A DNA stretch of 24,000 nucleotides from Magnetococcales bacterium. Its GTDB lineage: Bacteria; Pseudomonadota; Magnetococcia; Magnetococcales; JADGAP01. The notes under the pieces were generated by a model. The model worked only from the letters and a program-made list of their open reading frames with translations, was not told the origin of the DNA and ran no database searches. Every line of letters begins with the position of its first letter. Positions within the stretch are counted from its first letter, which is position 1. The translations under genes and the position numbers were made by a program. Below are positions 16,606 to 23,205 of the stretch, one piece after another. The stretch is from the NCBI GenBank assembly GCA_015231965.1, contig JADGAP010000037.1, positions 1 to 24,000 of the forward strand. The letters are read 5' to 3'.

Positions 16606-17628
16606 TCAATGGCCAGGTTTTTGTTGCGGAATCGCCTTGCCCAGCAGATCGCTGACCTTGGAAAAAATGGCCTCGTGGCTCTCTTTTTCCAGGCGCGCCT
16701 TTTCCAGATCGACCGTGGTCTCGTCCTTCTTCAAAATAAAATTCCGCTCCGTCTTGGAAAGCTCCTGAATGATGGCCTTGACCGATTCGGTTTCCTTCAT
16801 GGCGATGGCGGTCATCAAGGCCACCTGCTTGCATTCCAGGCTGGTCAACTCGTTTTGGTAATATTTGATGTGATCATGGCTGAGTTTGTAGAGCCGGAGA
16901 AAAAATAGGGAGAGCAGTTCGACCATCAAGACCATCGACACCCGTGGCAGATAGATTTCCATAATAAAATCCGGTTTAACATATTTCGGATCCAGGGGCG
17001 CGGTTGGTGCGCTCCCCATTGAGAGCACCGACCACAAAATATAGACGCCAAACACCGCCAGCAAAATTCCGATGATCAGGTTGACCTTTCCTCTTCTTAA
17101 TAAGCTTGAAATCTCGTTGATAATCCTTTGTCTTGTATCATAAAAATAGTCGTCAATTCTTTTCATGCGATGGTCGTCCCCGACCTTTTCCTTGATCTCC
17201 CCGAGCAACTCTTCTCCGGCGCTTTTCTTGGCGGAATCCAGAATCGACTCCACAATTATTTTCCGATCATTTTCATCAATCCCTTGCTTGGCATTTTGGA
17301 TGGTGAAAATCAAATTTTTGAGTTCATTTATTGTTTGATGAAATGCAGGGTATAAATTATCTTTTCTTGAGCGCGCTATAAGCTCGGAAAGATCATCCCT
17401 ATGATTTCCTGATAGCGTGCGCCACAACATGAAAATCACTGAATATATTGCGAGCCCAAAGATAAATATCTTAAAATAATTCTTTGTTGCCAGCGCACTA
17501 ATAATATTAGCAGCATGGTCACGGGTATCTTCCGAAGTGTACATAATCGATAAAATCACCGTAAGCATCATCGCAATTACCAACAAAGCTTTTGAAACTT
17601 TATGTATACGATCTGGATTTATAAACAT
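16606..17628 (-). CDS. hypothetical membrane protein (340 aa; about four predicted TM helices plus coiled-coil segments), strongly AT-rich foreign-looking gene
   Basis: ATG 17628 has AGAGGTG upstream. Hydrophobic helices: ALLVIAMMLTVILSIMY, IFIFGLAIYSVIFMLW, VNLIIGILLAVFGVYILWSVL, VSMVLMVELLSLFFLRLY, separated by charged K/E-rich helical regions. Codon usage (AAA, ATT, TTT, GAT) is unlike the rest of the window. Confidence 0.8.
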   Translation of the reverse strand: MFINPDRIHKVSKALLVIAMMLTVILSIMYTSEDTRDHAANIISALATKNYFKIFIFGLAIYSVIFMLWRTLSGNHRDDLSELIARSRKDNLYPAFHQTINELKNLIFTIQNAKQGIDENDRKIIVESILDSAKKSAGEELLGEIKEKVGDDHRMKRIDDYFYDTRQRIINEISSLLRRGKVNLIIGILLAVFGVYILWSVLSMGSAPTAPLDPKYVKPDFIMEIYLPRVSMVLMVELLSLFFLRLYKLSHDHIKYYQNELTSLECKQVALMTAIAMKETESVKAIIQELSKTERNFILKKDETTVDLEKARLEKESHEAIFSKVSDLLGKAIPQQKPGH

Positions 17629-17854
17629 GGATCACCTCTTGACGGGAAATTAAGAGTCCTAGCCTCAACATCACAAAACTGCTTGACAGCGTAATCGGGT
17701 TATTGTTTTGACTCAAGGAAAATCATGCAGAAAATATTCTCAACCCATAATAATCCACATCTCCTCCCATGATCGCCAGTGGCGACGGGTGGACGCATCG
17801 CGCCGGATTCCAGTCGTCGACGTGGTGGAGGGTTTCTTTCCACGGGAGAGACGG

Positions 17855-17935
17855 AAACGCTCCCTCTCGGTGGAAATCCTCAAGGCCCTGGCCCGCGCGC
17901 CAAGTGGACGCGACGAGGCCCTTGTGGGGATCACC
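17855..17935 (+). pseudogene. orphan fragment duplicating the 3' end of the HTH antitoxin gene
   Basis: 17855-17911 (AAACGCTCCCTCTCGGTGGAAATCCTCAAGGCCCTGGCCCGCGC-GCCAAGTGGACGC) matches 18554-18612 with one substitution and a 2-nt indel. Weaker similarity continues to about 17935 and 18637. It encodes KRSLSVEILKALARA versus KRSLSVETLKALARAL, with no upstream remainder of the gene. Confidence 0.6.
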
Positions 17936-17963
17936 CTGCCTCTCTCCGGTGGGAGAGGGGGCG
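17931..17963. repeat. REP-like hairpin repeat (right copy, inverted relative to 16468-16514)
   Basis: TCACCCTGCCTCTCTCCGGTGGGAGAGGGGGCG. CTCTCC/GGAGAG forms a stem around a GGTG loop. Confidence 0.4.
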
Positions 17964-17980
17964 TTGCGCCGAATGAAGAC

Positions 17981-18008
17981 TTGCATTTTCTTCACTGAGA
18001 GTTAATAT
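17981..18008 (+). promoter_or_regulatory. candidate sigma70-type promoter for the toxin-first TA operon, implying a leaderless or near-leaderless mRNA
   Basis: TTGCAT (17981-17986), a 16-nt spacer, then TAATAT (18003-18008). The toxin ATG is at 18015, with no SD between. Confidence 0.35.
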
Positions 18009-18014
18009 ATCTCC

Positions 18015-18272
18015 ATGTACGCCATCACCTACGAAAAGAACGCCCTGAAAATGCTCCAGAAGATGCCCCGGAACGAAGCGCGGCGGGTGCTTCAGGCGGT
18101 GGAGCGGCTGGCCTCGGACCCTCGGGTGCCGGGGTTGGACGTCAAAGCCTTGCGGGGCGAGTCGGGGTACAGGCTGCGGGTTGGGGATTGGCGAGTCCTC
18201 TATGAACTGCTGGAAGACCGTCTGATCGTCTGGGTGTTGGACATCGGCGCCAGAGGGGGGATCTATTCATGA
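18015..18272 (+). CDS. RelE/ParE-family type II toxin (HigB-like gene order, toxin first)
   Basis: ...LRGESGYRLRVGDWRVLYELLEDRLIVWVLDIGARGGIY has the same RelE/ParE signature as 16066..16329. Its stop overlaps the downstream ATG (ATGA 18269-18272). Confidence 0.85.
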   Translation: MYAITYEKNALKMLQKMPRNEARRVLQAVERLASDPRVPGLDVKALRGESGYRLRVGDWRVLYELLEDRLIVWVLDIGARGGIYS

Positions 18273-18646
18273 ACGTGCAGCGCATCGAACAAGATGGCGA
18301 GGCGGTTTTCGCCGTCCTGCCCTACGCGGAGTTTCAAAGCCTGATGGAAGAGCTTGAAGAGCTGCGCGACGCGGCAGCCTTCGGCGCGGCCCGGGCGCGG
18401 CGGGAGGAGGGCTTTCCCGGCGCGGTGGCCCAGCGACTGCTCAACGGCGAATCTCCCGTGAAGGTGTTTCGCGAACATCGGGGGCTGACCCAGGCGGCGT
18501 TGGCCCAGCAATGCGGCGTCGCCCCCGCGACCATCAGCCAGTTGGAATCGGGCAAACGCTCCCTCTCGGTGGAAACCCTCAAGGCCCTGGCCCGCGCCCT
18601 CCAAGTGGACGCCGACATGCTCTTGGGGGGATCAGGGAACGAATGA
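18269..18646 (+). CDS. XRE-family HTH antitoxin (HigA-like) with an N-terminal extension
   Basis: LTQAALAQQCGVAPATISQLESGKRSLSVETLKALARALQVDADML is a Cro/C1 (HTH_3) motif. It is translationally coupled to the upstream toxin. Confidence 0.85.
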   Translation: MNVQRIEQDGEAVFAVLPYAEFQSLMEELEELRDAAAFGAARARREEGFPGAVAQRLLNGESPVKVFREHRGLTQAALAQQCGVAPATISQLESGKRSLSVETLKALARALQVDADMLLGGSGNE

Positions 18647-18966
18647 TCATGAAATTTTAGCGCCGATGATTTTTCTCGACGCCGGATTGACGGGGAGAGC
18701 GGGATCCAGGCCCCGCAGTCATGGGGATATTTTCCTTCAAGGGTCGTTCCCGGCGCGCCACCAGAGGAGTCCCGGGGGCCCCCCCGGCAACAGACGCATC
18801 TCCTGAAAATCGCCCTCTTGCGTGACGATCCCACCTTCTTCCTCCTTGGCATCTTCCCGGAAGCGCGGATCCGAAGCGACGGCCACGTCCGGCTCAAGCC
18901 GGGGGGGATTTCAACCGATGAACCTCTCATTCCCCTTTCCCTCGATCCCGACCCGCCGCGCCGCTC

Positions 18967-20517
18967 ATGCCCCTTCCCCTGTTTCGCCTGCTGCTCATCG
19001 AGTGCGACGTCTTCTTCTTCTCGGAGGAGAAGGGGATCCATGTCAACGAGGCGATGCCCCCCATCGGGTTGATGTACCTTTCCAGCTTTCTCAAGAAGCA
19101 TCTGGCGGGGGAGGCGCGGGTGGAGGTGGGGTTGATCGACATGGCGGTGGAACGGCTGACCCGGGAAAGTTTGTCGGCCCAGCCCACGCCCCAGCTCATC
19201 GGACTGCGGGCGCTGACCAAGAACAAGGAGCTGTTTCACCAGACCGCCGCCCTGTGCCGGGAAATTTTTCCCGAGGTTCCCATCATCGGGGGCGGACCCT
19301 ACGTCACGGCGGACTACGACGCGGCGCTGCTGGACCCCCATCTGGAGTGCGGGGTCTCCGGCGAGGGGGAATATCCCTTGCTGGAGATGGCCCGGCGGCT
19401 GCTGGCCGGGGATCGGGCAGGGTTGCTGACGGTGAACGGCGTGGTGCGGCGGGACGGCGTTTCCGGCGAGATCCTGCAAAATCCCCCCCAGCAAAAGCCC
19501 GATCTCAACGCCGAGCCCATGCCCGACTACTCCCTCATCGACATGGACCGCTTCGCCCAGGTGATCTGCAACGCCAAGGTCAAGCGCCGACAGGGGGTGA
19601 TTACCGCGTCCCGGGGATGCCCGTTTCAATGCATCTACTGCCACAATATTTTCGGACGGAAAATTCGCGCCCGTACCCCGGAAAACGTCCTGGATGAAAT
19701 CTCCTACCTCTATCATGAACATCAGGTGCGGGATTTCTTTTTCGTCGATGACGTATTCAACATCAGCGCCAAGCGGACCATCGGGCTGTGCAATTTAATT
19801 CAACAGTCCGGATTGAAGATCCACATGTATTTTCAGAACGGTTTTCGCGGCGATTTATGCACCCGGGAGGTGGTGGACGCCTGCGTCGAGGCGGGGATGA
19901 TCCTGGTCAACTTCGCGGTGGAGTCCAGTTCGCCCCGCTTGCAGGCGTTGATGAAGAAAAACCTCGACGTGGACAAACTGGCGGAGATGATCCACTACAC
20001 CTGCACCCACGACATCATCGTCGGCATCAACTCGATGATCGGTTTTCCCAGCGAGACGCTGGAGGAGGCGGAGGGGACGATTCGCTATCTGGCCCAGTTC
20101 AAAAAGGTGGCGCTGCCCTTTTTCTTCATCGCCCGTTACTATCCCCACACCGAAATGTACGCCATGGCGGTGGCCGACGGTTTTCCCCAGTCGATGCTGG
20201 ATCGCCATTCGGAGAAGGTCTACCACGACGTGACCCTGCCCACCCCCACCCTGTCGGCGGGGCAGTTGCAGGGGTTGTTCCAGAAATATCTGGTGGAGGT
20301 CTTTTTCAATCGGGAGCGGCTGGAAAACGTGCAGCGGATTTTGCAGCGTTTTTTCACCCCCGAGGATATTCGGGATTTCTACTCCACGCTGCTGAACCGG
20401 CGGATCGTGGATGTGGAGCGGGAGGTGTTGGGGCGGGGCTTTGGTCCGACGTCGGAGTCGGGCGGTGCCCCTCCCCGGTCGGCCCACGCCGAGCCCCACG
20501 ATCGGGGCGAGGCGTGA
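18967..20517 (+). CDS. B12-binding domain-containing radical SAM protein (class B radical SAM family)
   Basis: The N-terminal cobalamin-binding-like region is RLLLIE...MPPIGLMYLSSFLKKH...IGLRALT...PIIGGGPYVT. The radical SAM cluster motif is ITASRGCPFQCIYCHN (CxxxCxxC). Confidence 0.9.
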   Translation: MPLPLFRLLLIECDVFFFSEEKGIHVNEAMPPIGLMYLSSFLKKHLAGEARVEVGLIDMAVERLTRESLSAQPTPQLIGLRALTKNKELFHQTAALCREIFPEVPIIGGGPYVTADYDAALLDPHLECGVSGEGEYPLLEMARRLLAGDRAGLLTVNGVVRRDGVSGEILQNPPQQKPDLNAEPMPDYSLIDMDRFAQVICNAKVKRRQGVITASRGCPFQCIYCHNIFGRKIRARTPENVLDEISYLYHEHQVRDFFFVDDVFNISAKRTIGLCNLIQQSGLKIHMYFQNGFRGDLCTREVVDACVEAGMILVNFAVESSSPRLQALMKKNLDVDKLAEMIHYTCTHDIIVGINSMIGFPSETLEEAEGTIRYLAQFKKVALPFFFIARYYPHTEMYAMAVADGFPQSMLDRHSEKVYHDVTLPTPTLSAGQLQGLFQKYLVEVFFNRERLENVQRILQRFFTPEDIRDFYSTLLNRRIVDVEREVLGRGFGPTSESGGAPPRSAHAEPHDRGEA

Positions 20518-21404
20518 GCGGCACCGGGGCGATTTTTCCCGAAGCGGCGTGGATCGACGCCCACCTCCCCCGACGGGCGCGGATTCTGCTCTACGCCGCC
20601 TTGAACCGTTCCACCGGCGGGGGATGGGGACCGTTGCTCGTCCAGGCCCTGGGGCCGACCAGCGGCTGGCTGGCCCGCCGCCGCCTCCTCCGGGAGGTTC
20701 GGGAGGAGGGGGCGTGGAAAGTGGCTTTCCGGGGGGTGGACGAGACGCTTCATCTGCCGGAGGACTATCCCCCCGCGATGTTGTGGATGATCGCCACCGA
20801 GCAGTTTCACCCCTGGCATTGGCATCAGTACGAAATTCCCCAAACCCGGGTGCGTCCCGACGACGTGGTGCTGGATTGCGGCGCGGCGGAAGGGTTGTTC
20901 GCCCTGCGGGTCCATGGACGTTGCGCCCGGGTGGTCTGCTTCGAGCCGGTTCCGCTCTATCTCCGTTTTTTGCAACGCACCTTCGCCGGGGTCGGGAACG
21001 TCTCGTTGGCGGCGGCGGCGTTGGGGGCGGAGCCGGGGCAGGCTTTTTTGTATGAAAACGGCGCTGCCTCCTTCGTCACCTCCCGGCCCAACGGTCATCC
21101 GGTTCCGGTGACCACGGTGGACGCCTATTGCGCCGAGCATGGGTTGGCTCCCGGCTTTCTCAAGGGGGATTTGGAGGGTTCGGAGCGGGCGGTGTTGTTG
21201 GGGGCCGAGCAGGTCATCCGGCGTCATCGTCCCCGCATCGCCCTCACCACCTATCATCGTCCGGGGGATGCCCAGTCCTTGCGGGCGTTGCTGGCGGAGT
21301 GGGTTCCGGAGTATCGTTTTCTCGTCAAGGGGATTCATGATCGGCGGGGCGGCGAGCCGGTGATGCTTCACGCCTGGGTGGACGACGGGCGCGCCCCGAC
21401 GTGA
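20514..21404 (+). CDS. FkbM-family SAM-dependent methyltransferase
   Basis: VVLDCGAAEGLFAL...VVCFEPVP...FLKGDLEGSERAVLLGAEQVIRRHRPRIALTTYH resembles the FkbM pattern (DxGAN.G...EP...iKiDvEGaE..vL.G). GTG 20514 overlaps the radical SAM stop (GTGA 20514-20517). The track ORF from 19788 is an off-frame extension. Confidence 0.78.
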   Translation: MSGTGAIFPEAAWIDAHLPRRARILLYAALNRSTGGGWGPLLVQALGPTSGWLARRRLLREVREEGAWKVAFRGVDETLHLPEDYPPAMLWMIATEQFHPWHWHQYEIPQTRVRPDDVVLDCGAAEGLFALRVHGRCARVVCFEPVPLYLRFLQRTFAGVGNVSLAAAALGAEPGQAFLYENGAASFVTSRPNGHPVPVTTVDAYCAEHGLAPGFLKGDLEGSERAVLLGAEQVIRRHRPRIALTTYHRPGDAQSLRALLAEWVPEYRFLVKGIHDRRGGEPVMLHAWVDDGRAPT

Positions 21405-21491
21405 TGAGGGAATCGGCGCGCCGCGCGAGCCGGATGGTTCATGAGAGATAAAAAGTGCTTTTATAAGTAAAAAAAGGTGAAGGGGGGTATT

Positions 21492-21515
21492 GGGGGGACA
21501 GTTCCCTGTCCCCCC
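21492..21515 (+). terminator. candidate intrinsic terminator after the radical SAM/FkbM pair
   Basis: GGGGGGACAG-TTCC-CTGTCCCCCC is a perfect 10-bp stem, followed by a T-rich AAGGTTTTGCTTTTGCTTTTGA. Confidence 0.55.
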
Positions 21516-21748
21516 AAGGTTTTGCTTTTGCTTTTGATCTTTTGGCGCGCTTTCAAGTGAAGCCGAAGCGTCTTCTGCTTCGGCGCAGCGCGCCCAATCG
21601 TTGCCGCAGGCAACCAGATTTTCACGGAACCATACCCATTCAGTTTCGGCTCTCTACCCCCCAATGTCTTGCTTTTGCTTTTGATCTTTTGGCGCATCGC
21701 GTCCAATCGTTGCCGCAGGCAACCAGATTTTCAAGGAACCATCCCATT
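21510..21748. repeat. two direct copies of a ~100-nt intergenic repeat with a conserved hairpin
   Basis: Copy 1 is 21510-21650 and copy 2 is 21657-21748. Shared blocks are CCCCCCAA.GT.TTGCTTTTGCTTTTGATCTTTTGGCGC and CCAATCGTTGCCGCAGGCAACCAGATTTTCA.GGAACCAT(A)CCCATTCAGTTTCGGC. Copy 1 carries an extra ~40-nt insert with its own CCGAAGC/GCTTCGG hairpin. Confidence 0.7.
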
Positions 21749-21780
21749 CAGTTTCGGCCCAGTGATCGGACCTTTTTTCC

Positions 21781-22881
21781 ATGCCCCTAGCCTCTCGCGC
21801 CGCCTTTCTGGAGCAACTTTCCGGCCTCTTCTACCCCAAAACCGACTCCCCCCTGTCCGACGCCCAACTGCGCGCCCTGGGGCGTCGCGAACCGCCGCCG
21901 GAATCCTTCCCCCTGCCGCTGCTGCATGAGTTGGCCCGCCAGTGGCGCGGGGAGACGGCCCGGTCCATCGTCCCCCTGGCGGAACAGGGGACGTTCCATC
22001 GTCTGTTCCGCCTGAGTTGGGGCGACGAGACGGCGATTTTGCGGGTGCAGCTCCCCCAAACCCCCGACGAGCCCCCCGATCCCCGCCTGCCCCTGGAAGA
22101 GCAACTCACTCGACGGCTGCGGCAAGCGGGGATCCCCGCCGCGCCGATTCTCCACACCGACATCAGCCGCCGCCACGCCCCCTGGGATTGGCAGATGCTC
22201 GCCCCCGCCGCCGGACGCCCCCTCACCGAACTGGAAGGGGACGAATCCACTCTGCTCCAACTGCTGGAACGGCTGGGGGCGATGATGGCCCGGCTCCATC
22301 GGGCTCTGCCGGTGACGGGGGCGGGATGGCCCGATCCCTGGTCGTGGAGCGACGCCCCCGCCGACGCCCCTCGGGAGGCGCGCCCCCTGCGCGGTCTTTT
22401 TCCCCAGTGGACCGACTACCTGACCCGGTGCCTCGACGACCACCTGCGCCGCCTCACCGACGATCAGCTCCTCACCCCGGAGGAGGCGCGGACCATCGCC
22501 AGCCATTTTGCGACCTTCGCCTCGTCCCCGGTCGCCCCGGGGCTGCTCCACGGCGACCCGGGGAGCCACAACGCCTTTCATCAGGCGGGAGAGATCTCCG
22601 CCCTCCTCGACTGGGACGACGCCCTCATCGGCGACCCCTGGTACGATGTCGCCTTTTGGGCCACCTTTCACCCGGAACGGCGGTATGGGGCCTTCCTCCG
22701 GGGCTATCTCGGGGGAAGGGCGTGGTCACCGGAGGAGGCCCGGCGGTTCCGCCTCTACCATCTGCGCATCACCCTGGCCAAGATCGTCCACCGTCAGCGT
22801 TTCAGCTACGCCGATCTTCCCGGTCGCCCCACCGGACGCCAACGGATCCTGGAGAGCGCCCAACGGGTTTTTTCTACCTAG
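21781..22881 (+). CDS. aminoglycoside phosphotransferase (APH)/choline-kinase-fold phosphotransferase family protein
   Basis: LLHGDPGSHNAF (HGDxxxxN catalytic loop) and LLDWDDALIGDPWYDVA (DxD...GDP..D) are the APH-family signatures. The start ATG 21781 lacks a clear SD. Confidence 0.78.
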   Translation: MPLASRAAFLEQLSGLFYPKTDSPLSDAQLRALGRREPPPESFPLPLLHELARQWRGETARSIVPLAEQGTFHRLFRLSWGDETAILRVQLPQTPDEPPDPRLPLEEQLTRRLRQAGIPAAPILHTDISRRHAPWDWQMLAPAAGRPLTELEGDESTLLQLLERLGAMMARLHRALPVTGAGWPDPWSWSDAPADAPREARPLRGLFPQWTDYLTRCLDDHLRRLTDDQLLTPEEARTIASHFATFASSPVAPGLLHGDPGSHNAFHQAGEISALLDWDDALIGDPWYDVAFWATFHPERRYGAFLRGYLGGRAWSPEEARRFRLYHLRITLAKIVHRQRFSYADLPGRPTGRQRILESAQRVFST

Positions 22882-22886
22882 ACCTT

Positions 22887-23125
22887 AGGGCCTGTTCACA
22901 ATCACCGGATTATGCTAAAGGCTGGTCTCCAGGGAGGAACCAGCCATCGAACGGAACATATTACGGGACGACCAATGGGAACGGATCAAGGATCTGCTCC
23001 CAGGGCGTATTGATGACCAATGTGTTACTCCAAGGACCACCGACTGTTTCTGGAGGCAGTTTTCTGGATTGTGCGCACGGGTTCGCCCCGGCGTGATTTG
23101 CCCAAGGAATACGGTAAGTGCACAG
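22887..23125 (+). mobile_element. truncated, frameshifted 5' remnant of an IS5-family insertion sequence (DUF4096-type transposase N-terminus)
   Basis: GGGCCTGTTCACAATC resembles an IS5/IS427-group terminal repeat. Frame A reads ILRDDQWERIKDLLPGRIDDQ. After a 1-nt shift near 23020-23030, frame B reads KDHRLFLEAVFWIVRTGSPWRDLPKEYGK. Both match the conserved transposase N-terminus. There is no ATG (ATC in its place), and similarity stops near 23125, before the catalytic domain. Confidence 0.62.
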
Positions 23126-23142
23126 CGGGCATTCGGCCACAA

Positions 23143-23174
23143 AAGGCCCCGGGGAGGTCAATCCCCGGGGCCTT
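23143..23174 (-). terminator. intrinsic terminator of pgk
   Basis: AAGGCCCCGGGG-N8-CCCCGGGGCCTT is a 12-bp stem. On the minus strand it is followed by TTTTGTGG, about 32 nt after the pgk stop. Confidence 0.65.
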
Positions 23175-23205
23175 GCGCCACATCGGAGGCCTGATGGTCG
23201 AGAAA

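Noticed and set aside
18721-18825. 34-aa ORF (MGIFSFKGRSRRATRGVPGAPPATDASPENRPLA) upstream of the radical SAM gene, considered as a possible RiPP precursor
   Set aside because: It has no Shine-Dalgarno sequence and no Cys/Ser/Thr-rich core or recognisable leader. It lies 140 nt from the enzyme gene, and its composition matches random GC-rich sequence. Only conservation or peptidomics could revive the idea.
18334-19722. 462-aa minus-strand ORF, and the 291-aa plus ORF at 18822..19697, overlapping the HTH antitoxin and radical SAM genes
   Set aside because: They overlap genes with clear motifs, have biased G/P/R composition and show no motif of their own.
19788-20513. 5' extension of the FkbM ORF (538-aa track ORF) running through the radical SAM gene
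   Set aside because: It is off-frame relative to the radical SAM coding sequence and G/R-rich. The methyltransferase similarity only begins after GTG 20514, which overlaps the radical SAM stop.
21510-21748. Possibility that the direct repeats form a CRISPR array
   Set aside because: There are only two copies, the units are about 100 nt long, they are nearly contiguous with no repeat-spacer periodicity, and no cas genes are in the window.
21787-23096. 294-aa minus-strand and 384-aa plus-strand ORFs overlapping the APH-fold kinase gene
   Set aside because: Only the 21781..22881 frame carries the HGDxxxxN and DWD...GDP kinase motifs. The alternatives are P/G/R-rich artefacts.
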